From Ilumatobacteraceae bacterium (GTDB taxonomy: Bacteria; Actinomycetota; Acidimicrobiia; Acidimicrobiales; Ilumatobacteraceae), in contig CAWHJD010000014.1 in the NCBI GenBank assembly GCA_963829585.1, positions 22,146 to 86,145 of the forward strand: a stretch of DNA of 64,000 nucleotides, written 5' to 3'. Positions 7,839-17,436 of this stretch are shown one piece after another. How positions within the stretch are numbered: position 1 is the first letter of the stretch; every line of letters begins with the position of its first letter. The position numbers were made by a program, and so were the translations under genes. The notes under the pieces were generated by a model, which worked only from the letters and a program-made list of their open reading frames with translations, was not told where the DNA came from and did not search any database.

Positions 7839-10724
7839 CTACCGGCTTGCTGCGGCGTAGGCCTCCAGCGGTTCGCACGAACACACGAGGTGGCGGTCGC
7901 CCTGGGCGCCGTCGATACGCGACACGGCCGGGAAGTACTTCGCCGACCGCAGTCCGGCGACCGGGAATGCCGCCAGGTCTCGTGAGTACACGCGGTCCCA
8001 GTCGCCCAGGAGGTCCTCGGCGGTGTGCGGTGCATGATGGAGCGGGCTGTCCTCGTGAGCCCACTCTCCTGCACGCCACGCGATCGATCTCGGCTCGAAT
8101 GGCGATCATCGCCTCACAGAACCGGTCGATCTCGCGCAGGGACTCACTCTCGGTGGGTTCGACCATGAGCGTGCCGGCGACCGGGAAGCTCATCGTCGGG
8201 GCGTGGAAGCCGTAGTCCATCAGGCGCTTCGCGACGTCGTCGACCGTCACGCCGGTGGCCTTGGTGATCGGGCGGAGGTCGAGGATGCACTCGTGCGCGA
8301 CGCGACCGTTGGCGCCCCGGTACAGCACCGGGAAGTAGGGGTCGAGGCGCTCGGCGATGTAGTTGGCAGCGAGGATGGCGATCGTCGTGGCCGTGGTCAG
8401 GCCCTCGCCGCCCATCATCTCGATGTACATCCAGGGGATCGGCAGGATGCCCGCCGAGCCGTACGGGGCCGCCGACACCGCGCCCACGGGCTGATCGTCG
8501 CGCAGCGGGTGTCCCGGCATGAACGGGGCGAGGTGCGATCGCACGCCGATCGGGCCCACGCCGGGGCCGCCACCGCCGTGGGGGATGCAGAACGTCTTGT
8601 GGAGGTTGAGGTGGCTCACGTCGGCACCGAACTCGCCCGGGCGGGCGTGGCCGACCAGCGCGTTGAGGTTGGCGCCGTCGACGTACACCTGGCCGCCTGC
8701 GGCGTGGATCATCTCGCACAAGGTGCCGACCTCGGCCTCGAACACGCCGTGGGTGGACGGGATAGGTGATCATGGTGGCCGCGAGGCGGTCACCGACCTC
8801 GGCGATCTTGGCACGCACGTCGTCGAGGTCGACGTTGCCGGAATCGTCACAGGCCACGACCACCACGTCCATGCCCGCCATCACGGCGCTCGCCGCGTTC
8901 GTGCCGTGAGCGCTCGACGGGATGAGGCACACCGTCCTCTGGTCGTCGCCGCGTGAACGGTGATAGGCGCGGATGGCGAGCAACCCTGCGTACTCGCCCT
9001 GGCTGCCGGCGTTCGGCTGCAGACTCACGGCGTCGTAGCCCGTGATCGTCGCCAGACGTTGCTCGAGGTCGCCGATCAGTTCGAGGTAGCCACTGACCTG
9101 GTCGGTCGGGGGCGAAGGGGTGGATGTCGGCGAACTCGGGCCATGTGATCGGCACCATCTCGGACGTGGCGTTCAGCTTCATCGTGCACGATCCGAGCGG
9201 GATCATCGTGCGGTCGAGTGCCAGGTCCCGGTCGCTGAGACGGCGCAGGTAGCGCAGCATCTCGTGCTCGCTGTGGTAGCGATCGAAGACCGACTGGGTG
9301 AGGAAGTCGTCGGTCCGGCGACCGGTCGGCGGGAGACCGTCGGCCACCTCGTCGTACTGTGCCGGCTCGACGGGCGAGCCGCCCAGCGCGGCGACGATGG
9401 CTGCCACGTCCTCGATCGTGGTGGTCTCGTCGAACGTCAGACCCACGGTCGTGTCGTCGACACGCCTGATGTTGTAGCCGGCATCGAGTGCAGCTGCCAC
9501 GGCGGCCTCAGCCGACGGCACCGACAGGGTCAACGTGTCGAACCACGTGGCATTGCGCAGCTCGATCCCGCCGGCGGTGAGCCCGGCCGCGGCGATCGAG
9601 GTGAGCCGTTGGACCCGTTCGGCGATCCGGGTCAGCCCGTCACGTCCGTGCCACGCCGCGTAGAACCCGGCGATGTTGGCGAGGAGCACCTGAGCGGTGC
9701 AGATGTTCGACGTCGCCTTCTCGCGCCGGATGTGCTGCTCGCGGGTCTGCAGCGCGAGTCGCAGGGCCGGACGACCGGCGGTGTCGGTGCTGACGCCGAC
9801 GATGCGTCCGGGCATGGCCCGGGCGGCACGCTCGTGAGCAGCGAGGAACGCCGCGTGCGGCCCCCCGAAACCCATCGGCACGCCGAACCGTTGTGCGGAG
9901 CCGACGGCGATGTCGGCGCCGATCTGACCCGGGGGAGTGGTGAGCACGCAGGCGAGCGGATCGGTGACGACGACCGCAATGCCACCGTGGGCGTGGACGT
10001 CGGCGATGGCCTCGGTCCAGTCGATCACCGACCCCGACGACGTGGGGAGGCTGAACAGCGCGCCGAAGAGTCCGTCGGCATGACCCAGCTGGTCGACGTC
10101 GCCGACGACGAGTTCGATGCCCACGGGCTCTGCCCGAGTTCGCAGCACGGCGATCGTCTGCGGGTGGGTGTCGTGGTGGACGAAGAAACGAACGGAATCG
10201 GACTTCGATTGGCGGCGCGCCATCGTCATCGCCTCGGCCGCTGCGGTCGCCTCGTCGAGCAGCGATGCGTTGGCGACGTCGAGCCCGGTCAGCTCGGTCA
10301 CGAGCGTCTGGAAGTTGAGCAGCGCTTCGAGGCGGCCCTGGCTGATCTCCGGCTGGTAGGGCGTGTAGGCCGTGTACCAGGCCGGGTTCTCGAGCACGTT
10401 GCGGGCGATCACCGGCGGGGTGATCGTGCCGGTGTATCCCATACCGATCAGGCTGGTCACCCGCTGGTTCTTCGACGCGATGGCACGAAGCCGCTCGAGG
10501 GCATCGCGTTCGCCGACTCCTCCCGGGAGCGCGAGTGGGGCGCGAGCGACGATCGAAGGCGGCATCGTGGCGCGGAGGAGGTCGTCGGTCGACGACATGG
10601 CGATGGTCGCCAGCATGTGCGCGACATCTTCGGACGACGGGCCGACGTGCCGGCGCGTGAACTCGTCGGCTTCGATCAGCTCCGACAGGGGAGCGGATCG
10701 GACGGGGGAGATGTGTTCGGACAC
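7839..10724 (-). pseudogene. gcvP: glycine dehydrogenase (decarboxylating) P protein, three frame breaks as sequenced
   Basis: GTG at 10724 is preceded by AGGAGG ([26 protein letters not shown]...). Successive frames carry ...[11 protein letters not shown] / [43 protein letters not shown]... / [11 protein letters not shown]...[19 protein letters not shown] (PLP-Lys)... / [37 protein letters not shown]...[20 protein letters not shown], stop 7839-7841. Junctions are at GGGGG 9108-9112, GGG 8759-8761 and near 8072-8078. Three +1 shifts return the gene to the original frame. Confidence 0.9.
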
Positions 10725-10749
10725 GTGGAAGCCTCCTGGATCGGTCGGA

Positions 10750-10957
10750 CTTCCCCGGCTGTCATCGGTACCTGAGAGTTTCGTCGAGCGGACTCGACTT
10801 TCCCCGTCGGCGGACATCTGGTGTCGACCGAGGTGGTCGACGTGATACCAGTTGACACTTTCCAGCGTGCCTCATCCGAGCGGTCCGTGTGCCTGAGAGA
10901 TTCCGGGGAGGTTGCTCCTTCGGCGCCGTCATGGTTCGACGACTCTCCCGCTCGGGT
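10750..10957 (-). promoter_or_regulatory. tandem glycine riboswitch (two aptamers) in the gcvP leader
   Basis: Aptamer 1 on the minus strand is CCGAGCGGGAGAGUC...GGCGCCGAAGGAGCAACCUCCCCGGAAUCUCUCAGGCACACGGACCGCUCGG, with an 8-bp P1 (CCGAGCGG/CCGCUCGG). Aptamer 2 is GCUGGAAAGUG...CCGCCGACGGGGAAAGUC...AACUCUCAGGUACCGAUGACAGC. A GGAAG...CUUCC helix spanning the AGGAGG SD follows, then GTG 10724. Confidence 0.8.
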
Positions 10958-11022
10958 GGAACGGCGATTCAGTTGTCTGCGCAGCGTATCCGTCGACGGG
11001 TCGGTCGAGATGGATCGTGCGC

Positions 11023-12904
11023 TCACGCCCGGGGGGTGGCGTTGCTGCAGGCGTCGATCGGCTTCACCAGCGGGTAGGGATTGACCGCTGCGCCGCCGGC
11101 CGGGTGCACTTCGAAGTGCAGGTGCGGGGTGGCGCTGTTCCCGGTGCTGCCGACGGTCCCGATGACCTGACCGGCAGTCACCGCAGTGCCCACGGCGATC
11201 CCCTCGGCGAACGTGTCCATGTGCAGGTACGTGAAGTACGTGCCGTTGTCGGCCTGGACCCGCAGTCCGTTACCGGCGAGGGCGCCCGGGAAGTCGTAGT
11301 ACATCTTCGAGATGGTTCCCGTCACGGCGGCGTACAGCAGCTTGCCCTTGGGGGCGATGATGTCGAGGCCTTCGTGGAGTCGTCCGCCGCCACGTGGCGC
11401 CTGCCAGGTGTCGCCGAACCAGCACTTGCCCTGGACAGGGAAGACATCGATGGTCACGGCGACTGCGGCCGGGGGAGCGGGAGCGGGGGCGGGAGCGCTG
11501 CCGAGCCGGCCGGCGGTCGCCTCGTCGAGCTTGCCGGTCGGGGTCAGGCCCGAACGGCGCTGGAACTCCATGATCGCTCCCGCAGTGGCGGCACCGAACG
11601 CGCCGTCGGCGCCGCCGGCGAACGTGAGACCGGCCGCGATGAGGGAATTCTGCAGCGCCGTGACCCGGGCGCCTCGTTCGCCGTACACCGGGTATCCGGC
11701 GGGGGAGGACACACCCTGGGGGGTGGCGGATGGGGTCGCCGAGGGTGCGCCGTGTGCCACCGAGGCCCAGCGTGACGGCATCCTTCTCCGACACGGCTCC
11801 GGTCTGCGGAGTTCCGTTCGTCTTCTGGAAGGCGATCAGTGCAGTACGTGTCGCATTGCCGAAGACCCCGTCGGCGCCACCACGCAGCACCAGTCCGGTC
11901 GTCATGATCGCCCGCTGCAGTTCCTTGACGAGGTCGCCGGTGGCGCCGACCGTCATGCCGACGTAGGGGCCGACCCCACTCGGCGCCGGAGCCGGTGCCG
12001 GCGCGGGAGCCGGGGCGGGCGCCGGAGCCGGTGCGGGGGACAGGGCGAGCGCGGCGATCGACGCGTCGTCGAGGACGCCCGTGGCGGGGAGACCCTTGGA
12101 GCTCTGGTATCCCGTCAGTGCGGTGGCCGTCATGGCGCCGAACACGCCGTCGGCACCACCGCGCACGGTGATGCCTGCTGCGATGAGCGCCCGTTGGAGG
12201 ATCTTGACGTTCTCGCCGCGGGCGCCGATGGTCATCCCGGAGAACGAGGGGTTCGCGGTCGGTGCCGCAGTGGGTGTCGTGGTGGCAGGGGCCGGCGTGG
12301 CGGTGGGCGCGGCCCCGAGCTTCAGACGCGAGGACGTGGCGGCGTCGACCTCACCGGTGACCGGGAGCCCGTTCCAGCGCTGGTAGTTCGACACCGCCGT
12401 CTTCGTGGCCTGACCGAAGACACCGTCGGCCCCGCCCGGAACGTAGACGCCCGCGGCAATCAGAGCCTGTTGGAGTTCGGTGACGCCGGCGCCCTTGGCA
12501 CCGAGCGTGAGCCCGCCGGGGCTCGCCGCGGGTGCGGCCGGCGCCTCCGAGAGCCCGAGGGCGGCAGCGGTGGCTGCATCGACGGCCCCGGTGGCAGCAA
12601 GGCCGTTGCGTGACTGGAACGCGGTCACGGCGGACTTGGTCGCCGGTCCGAAGACGCCGTCGGCGCCTCCGGGTACCTTCACGCCGGCAGCGAGCAGTGC
12701 GCTCTGGACCGTCTTGACCTCGTTGCCACGTGCACCCTCACCGAGACCGATGATCGAGGGGGAGAGTGGTGATTCGATCGCCATGGGCGAGGCCGACACG
12801 CTGGTCGGCACGATGCCGAGGACGAGGCCCCCGACGGTTGCCAGGCACAGCCCGCTCGTGACGAGACGTCGACGGCGTGGCGAACTCTTCAACGCGGACG
12901 ACAT
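11023..12904 (-). pseudogene. secreted peptidoglycan hydrolase: 5x PG_binding_1 repeats + C-terminal M23 (LytM) peptidase, one frame break as sequenced
   Basis: ATG at 12904 (MSSALKSSPRRRRLVTSGLCLATVGG signal). Five repeats of the type G..V..LQ.ALIAAG....GGADGVFG..T..A...FQ...GL..TG. (AP)n linker. M23 motifs HEGLDI and GSTGNSATPHLHFEVH. Frame junction near 11757. Length from the ORF start is 3n+1. Confidence 0.85.
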
Positions 12905-13110
12905 GGGCGGCCTCTGTTCCAACACGAAGATGTGATCGGTCCGCCCGATGTGCGCCTGAACCCTCGACGAGAAGTCGAGGTCCCCCTACCGTTCAGTCGG
13001 TCTTCTGGTTTCCATGAAGCCCCAGCATGCCGGGGGTCGAGGGGAAGGGGTCCATCCTTGCCGAGCACGGGTCGCCTGTCCACCCCTCTCAACCCAAACT
13101 GACATAACGA
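12905..13110 (-). promoter_or_regulatory. about 200-nt structured 5' leader of the PG-binding/M23 gene (unassigned cis-regulatory RNA candidate)
   Basis: The only long non-coding gap besides the gcvP leader. Nested helices on the minus strand are CUGAAC/GUUCAG enclosing CCUCGAC/GUCGAGG, and CCCCG-GCAUGC-UGGGG. G-rich boxes are GAGAGGGGUGGAC and ACGGUAGGGGGACC. Family not established. Confidence 0.35.
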
Positions 13111-13159
13111 AGATTATGGGCGTTGTGGTCGAACCGGCGACGACGAAGGCAGCGTCCGA

Positions 13160-13540
13160 TCAGCTCGACGGGCTGATCTCGCGGTCCCGCAAGGGCTTGG
13201 CCGCAGCCAGGAGCCATTCGAGTGCGTCGCTCAGCTCGGCCGCCGTCGGCCGACGGTCTGTGCCGAGATCACGTTCGACGTCTTCGACGGCACATGCGAG
13301 CACGTACAGCTCGTCGTGCAACGCGTCGAGTTCCTCACGGGCCACCACGAGTTCGTTCTCGCTCAGCTCCAGGTCACGGGCGCGCTGGCGTGCCACCCAG
13401 TCCCATTGCCGGCAACGCTGCGAACAGAACACCCGGGGACGTCCGGGCCCGCGACGCGCCGGCAGGGCTCGCCGACACCACCGACAGTGCGCGATGGGTG
13501 TCGATCCCCCGCCGCCGTCCTCCATCGTTGATTTCGTCAT
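13160..13540 (-). CDS. small zinc-ribbon / coiled-coil protein, function unknown
   Basis: ATG at 13540 (MTKSTMEDGGGGSTPIAHCRWCRRALPARRGPGRPRVFCSQRCRQWDWVARQR), i.e. C-x2-C...FCS-x2-C, then a helical acidic C-terminus. The upstream part of ORF 13160-13693 would overlap the divergent ltaE start. Confidence 0.6.
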   Translation of the reverse strand: MTKSTMEDGGGGSTPIAHCRWCRRALPARRGPGRPRVFCSQRCRQWDWVARQRARDLELSENELVVAREELDALHDELYVLACAVEDVERDLGTDRRPTAAELSDALEWLLAAAKPLRDREISPSS

Positions 13541-13600
13541 GACGAAATGGTAGCCGCACCGTTGGCACGCGACGCTCGATGGTCTGGGAGACTCAGGGCG

Positions 13601-14682
13601 ATGACCCTGCCTCCCGCCTCCCTCGAGCGCCTTCGCGAGCGACAACGCCGCCGGCGCGCATCCCAGCGTCCTCGATGCCATCGCTGCAGCCAATGTCGGT
13701 CACATGCTGGCCTACGGCGACGACGAGATCACCCGTGAATGCTCCGATCGGTTCCGCGACCTGTTCGGCGCCGACGTGACCATGCGGCTGACGTTCAACG
13801 GAACCGGTGCGAACGTCCTGGCCCTCGCGACCCTGCTCGGGTCGCTGCCCGGCCCGCATCACGGCGTCGTGTGCACCGATTGGGCGCACATCGCCGTCGA
13901 CGAGACCGGCGCCCCGGAACGCGCTGCTCGCCACCAAGCTGATCGATCTGCCCTCGGTCGAGGGCAAGCTCGTCCCCGAGCAACTGGCCGAACTCGCCGC
14001 GATCCAGGGTGTCCAGCACCATGTGCAGCCCGGCGTGGTGTCGATCACCCAGGCCACCGAACTCGGCACGCTCTACACGCCCGACGAGATCGCAGCGCTG
14101 TGCGACCAGGCGCACGCACTCGGGATGCTGGTCCACCTCGACGGCGCCCGGATCTCGAATGCCACCGCGGCGCTCGGTGGCACACGGGCGGCGCTGCGAT
14201 CGTTCACCGTCGATGCAGGCGTCGATGCGGTGAGTTTCGGAGGCACGAAGAACGGCCTGCTCGGCGCCGAAGCCGTCATCTTCCTCGACGCCGCCTCGTC
14301 GGTCGGCTCGAAGTACGTGCGCAAGCAGGTGACGCAGCTGCCGTCGAAGATGCGCTATCTCGCTGCTCAGTTCAATGCGGTGCTCGAGAACGATCTCTGG
14401 ATCGACCTCGCCACCCACGCGAATGCCATGGCCACCGAGCTGCACCGCCTGACCGTCGACATTCCCGGCGTGGAGCTCGACCGTCCGCCGGCGGTCAACA
14501 GCTTGTTTCCCCGCTTGCCACCCGAATGCATCGCTCCCCTGCGCGACTGGTGTTTCTTCTGGGACTGGGACACGACCCGCCACGAGGTTCGCTGGATGAC
14601 CTCGTGGGACACGACGATCGAGGATGTCACGACCTTCGCGGCGGGCGTCCGGGCGATCGTGGTCGATGGCGCACGTGCCTGA
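13601..14682 (+). pseudogene. ltaE: low-specificity L-threonine aldolase (beta-eliminating lyase family), two frame breaks as sequenced
   Basis: ATG 13601: MTLPPASLER / FASDNAAGAHPSVLDAIAAANVGHMLAYGDDEITRE...DETGAPER / LLATKLIDLPSVEGKL...DAVSFGGTKNG (PLP-Lys)...RWMTSWDTT. Frames run 2->0->1, with junctions near 13625-13632 and near 13915-13930. Length 1082 = 3n+2. Confidence 0.85.
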
Positions 14683-14702
14683 AATTTAGTTGGCACATGC
14701 AA

Positions 14703-14731
14703 TTGACTCAGTGGTCGATTCGATTTAGTCT
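14703..14731 (+). promoter_or_regulatory. candidate sigma-70-type promoter upstream of the whiB-like gene
   Basis: TTGACT (14703-14708) - 17 nt - TAGTCT (14726-14731), in the only AT-richer patch of this region, about 75 nt upstream of ATG 14806. Confidence 0.35.
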
Positions 14732-14805
14732 GTCGCCCTGCGGAGCCTGAAGAACTCTGATTTCCGGTCCACTGGGGAAGCAACCAATCGCACGGGGGTG
14801 TGTAC

Positions 14806-15111
14806 ATGACGGCCATCGATTTCTCCATCGATCGCATTCAGACCGATGAGGACAACTGGATGCGCGATGGGGCCTGCAAGGGGATGACGCACCTCTTCTT
14901 CCCGACTGCAGCCGAACGGCCGCAGGCGCGTGAGCGACGTGAGGCAGCCGCAAAGGACGTCTGTTCGAGCTGCCCGGTCCAGACGCAGTGCGTCTCGTTC
15001 GCCCGCGAGAATCACGAATACGGTTTCTGGGGTGGCGAGTCCGAGGACGAGCGCCACGCCGCCGGCTACCGCCTCATCGCCCCCATCGGCATCCGCGCCC
15101 GCGCCAGCTGA
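14806..15111 (+). CDS. whiB: WhiB-family (Wbl) Fe-S transcription factor
   Basis: C-x(n)-C-x2-C-x5-C pattern: GACKGMTHLFFP...AKDVCSSCPVQTQCVSFARENHEYGFWGGESEDER. Start is ATG 14806 (GGGGG SD) or GTG 14800. Confidence 0.9.
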   Translation: MTAIDFSIDRIQTDEDNWMRDGACKGMTHLFFPTAAERPQARERREAAAKDVCSSCPVQTQCVSFARENHEYGFWGGESEDERHAAGYRLIAPIGIRARAS

Positions 15112-15993
15112 GTGTTCGACGTCGCCGTCGTCGGCAGCGTCAACCTCGATCTCGTCGCCACCACCGCTCGCCTTCCCGGCCCCGGTGAAACGGTGTCCGG
15201 GACCGCGTACGCCGAGCATGCCGGTGGAAAGGGTCTGAACCAGGCGGTCGCTGCTGCTCGCACCGGCGCTGTCGTGGTCATGGTCGGAGCCGTCGGAGAC
15301 GACGAAGCCGGACGCCGCCTCCGATCGATTGCCGAGGACGAGGGGATCGACGTCGGCGCGGTCGTGGTCGTCCCGGGTTCGCCGACCGGCCGGGCACTCA
15401 TCACCGTCGACGCCGGCGCGGAGAACTCGATCGTCGTGATCCCCGGGGCGAACTCGTATGTTCGCGCCGGCAGCGTGCCCGATGCCCGGGTGGTGATCGC
15501 CCAGCTGGAGATTCCCCTCGACGAGGTGATCGCAGCGTTGCGATCCGCCCGGGCGAGCGGCGCTCGCACGATGCTGAATCCGGCGCCGGCCCAACCGCTT
15601 CCGGACGAGCTGCTCGAGCTCTGCGACATCATCGTGCCCAACGAACACGAACTCGAACTGATCGGCGGAATCGAGTCGCTCCTCGGTCGTGGGGTCGGCG
15701 CTGTCGTGATGACGAAGGGTGCCGCCGGAGCCACCGTGACGGTTCGGGCCGGAACGTTCACGACCGAGCGGCACCAGCCGGCATTCCAGGTGACGCCCGT
15801 CGACACCACCGGTGCCGGCGATGCGTTCTGCGGCTCGCTCGCTGCCCGACTGGCCGGAGGGGACGAGCTCGAGTCCGCCGTCCGTTACGCCGCAGCGGCG
15901 GGTGCGCTCGCAACCACGGTCGAAGGCGCCGTGCCGTCGCTCCCCCACGCGCGCGACGTGGAGATCCTCCTGGCGCACGACGAACCGACCTGA
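15112..15993 (+). CDS. rbsK: ribokinase / PfkB-family sugar kinase
   Basis: GTG immediately after the whiB stop. VAVVGSVNLDLV, GGKGLNQAVAAAR, and the PfkB signature PVDTTGAGDAFCGSLAARLA. Intact, 293 aa. Confidence 0.85.
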   Translation: MFDVAVVGSVNLDLVATTARLPGPGETVSGTAYAEHAGGKGLNQAVAAARTGAVVVMVGAVGDDEAGRRLRSIAEDEGIDVGAVVVVPGSPTGRALITVDAGAENSIVVIPGANSYVRAGSVPDARVVIAQLEIPLDEVIAALRSARASGARTMLNPAPAQPLPDELLELCDIIVPNEHELELIGGIESLLGRGVGAVVMTKGAAGATVTVRAGTFTTERHQPAFQVTPVDTTGAGDAFCGSLAARLAGGDELESAVRYAAAAGALATTVEGAVPSLPHARDVEILLAHDEPT

Positions 15994-16027
15994 GTCCGAG
16001 CGCGCAGTGCGCCGGTGGCGTGGCGGA

Positions 16028-16846
16028 TCAGGGGTGACGCAGTGCCACGGCGACCCAGCCGTCGAGCGAGTCGACCTGCTCCACGATCATCGGCGCGAGC
16101 GCAGCGAGGACGTGTTCGTGACGCTCCGCGAGGATCCCGCTGATCACCAGATGCCCGTCGGGTCGGGTCAGCCGTCGGAGGTCACCGGCGAGCTCGACGA
16201 GTGTGGGCGCGAGGATGTTCGCCACGACGAGTCGATACGGCCCGTCGAGTTCACTCACGGGCGTGGTGTCGACCTCCACCGACTCGGCGACTCCGTTGCG
16301 AACCGCATTGTCGCGTGTCGCCTCGACGGCGGCGGACGCGACGTCGACGGCGCGCACCGAGCCAGCGCCGAGCACGGCCGCCATGACGGCGATCACGCCG
16401 GTTCCGCACCCCACGTCGAGCACGTCGGACCCATCGGCGAGGAGCCTGCGGGTTGCCCGCAACGACAGGAGCGTCGTGGGATGGTCGCCGAGCCCGAACG
16501 CGCCGCCCGGTTCGATGGAGATGGCGACGACGCCGTCTCCGACGGCCGGGTCCTGCCATGCCGGCACGACGACGAGTGAGTCGTCGATCCAGATCGGTCG
16601 AGCGAATTCCCGCCACGTGTCGGCCGTTTCCTCCACGACGTCGACCACTCGCCAGGGCCACCGCTCCCCCAGCGCCGTCGCGGCACGCTCGATGGCGGCT
16701 TCGTCGTCACCGACCGCCGTCCAGAGCTCGACGAGTTCGGTCGACTCGCCGACCCGTTCCTCGATGGCGCGCACTCCCAGCTGCCAGAGCGCATCCGATG
16801 CCAGGTCGACCTCGCCCGCGGGCACGGTCACGACGAATGCCTGCAT
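16028..16846 (-). CDS. prmA: ribosomal protein L11 methyltransferase
   Basis: Intact 272 aa. IEPGGAFGLGDHPTTLLSL and the SAM motif VLDVGCGTGVIAV. Confidence 0.8.
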   Translation of the reverse strand: MQAFVVTVPAGEVDLASDALWQLGVRAIEERVGESTELVELWTAVGDDEAAIERAATALGERWPWRVVDVVEETADTWREFARPIWIDDSLVVVPAWQDPAVGDGVVAISIEPGGAFGLGDHPTTLLSLRATRRLLADGSDVLDVGCGTGVIAVMAAVLGAGSVRAVDVASAAVEATRDNAVRNGVAESVEVDTTPVSELDGPYRLVVANILAPTLVELAGDLRRLTRPDGHLVISGILAERHEHVLAALAPMIVEQVDSLDGWVAVALRHP

Positions 16847-16847
16847 G

Positions 16848-17366
16848 TCAGTCGAGCCGGCGCAGGTCGGTGCGGTAGGCCTCGATGCGAGCGACGTAGG
16901 CCGCAGCGCTGCTTCGGATGAGGTCGACGTCGGCCCGGTCGGGCTTGATCACCGCCGGCGAGCCGGCGGCCAGCGCGCCCGACGGCACGTCGACATCGTT
17001 GAGGACCACGGAGTTGGCGGCCACGATGGCTCCGCTGTGGATCACCGAACGGTGCAGCACCATCGCCGCGTTGCCGATCAGGACGTCGTCGTGGATCGTG
17101 CAGCCCTCCAGGTGGACCAGGTGGCCGAGCACGCAGCCGTCGCCCACGACGGTGGGCCATCGCGGCGTCGTGTGGAGCACCGCATTGTCCTGCACGCTCG
17201 TGCGGCTGCCGATCCGGATCTCACCACCGTCGCCGCGCAGCGTGGCTCCCGGCCAGATCGACGACTCGGCGCCGATGGTGACCGCGCCGATGATCACGGC
17301 GTCGGGATGGACGAAGGCCGTCGAATCGATGGTCGGGACGAGATCGCCGAGTGCGTAGACAGCCAT
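16848..17366 (-). CDS. gamma-class carbonic anhydrase-like / hexapeptide-repeat protein
   Basis: ATG at 17366 (MAVYALGDLVPTIDSTAFVHPDAVIIGAVTIGAESSIWPGATLRGD...), left-handed beta-helix repeats, 172 aa. The rest of ORF 16848-17870 is PSR-rich junk antisense to the next gene. Confidence 0.8.
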   Translation of the reverse strand: MAVYALGDLVPTIDSTAFVHPDAVIIGAVTIGAESSIWPGATLRGDGGEIRIGSRTSVQDNAVLHTTPRWPTVVGDGCVLGHLVHLEGCTIHDDVLIGNAAMVLHRSVIHSGAIVAANSVVLNDVDVPSGALAAGSPAVIKPDRADVDLIRSSAAAYVARIEAYRTDLRRLD

Positions 17367-17436
17367 TGCGGGCACGGTACCGGCCAGGCGCAGACTCGTT
17401 GGAGTTCTCCCTCCGTAAACCGGTACCGTTGTCGCA

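Noticed and set aside
9120-10775. Very long ORFs on the strand opposite to well-supported genes:
- 9120-10775(+), antisense to gcvP
- 14725-15978(-), antisense to rbsK
- 29200-30732(+), antisense to pafA
- 35876-37639(+), antisense to dop
- 38853-40562(+), antisense to arc
- 45917-47728(-), antisense to the BNR gene
- 51109-53607(+), antisense to the acyl-CoA synthetase
- 60489-62405(-), antisense to tkt
   Set aside because: Their translations are Arg/Gly/Asp/His-rich with no recognisable motifs. The opposite strand in each case encodes a full-length protein with diagnostic motifs. Long spurious antisense ORFs are expected in DNA this GC-rich.
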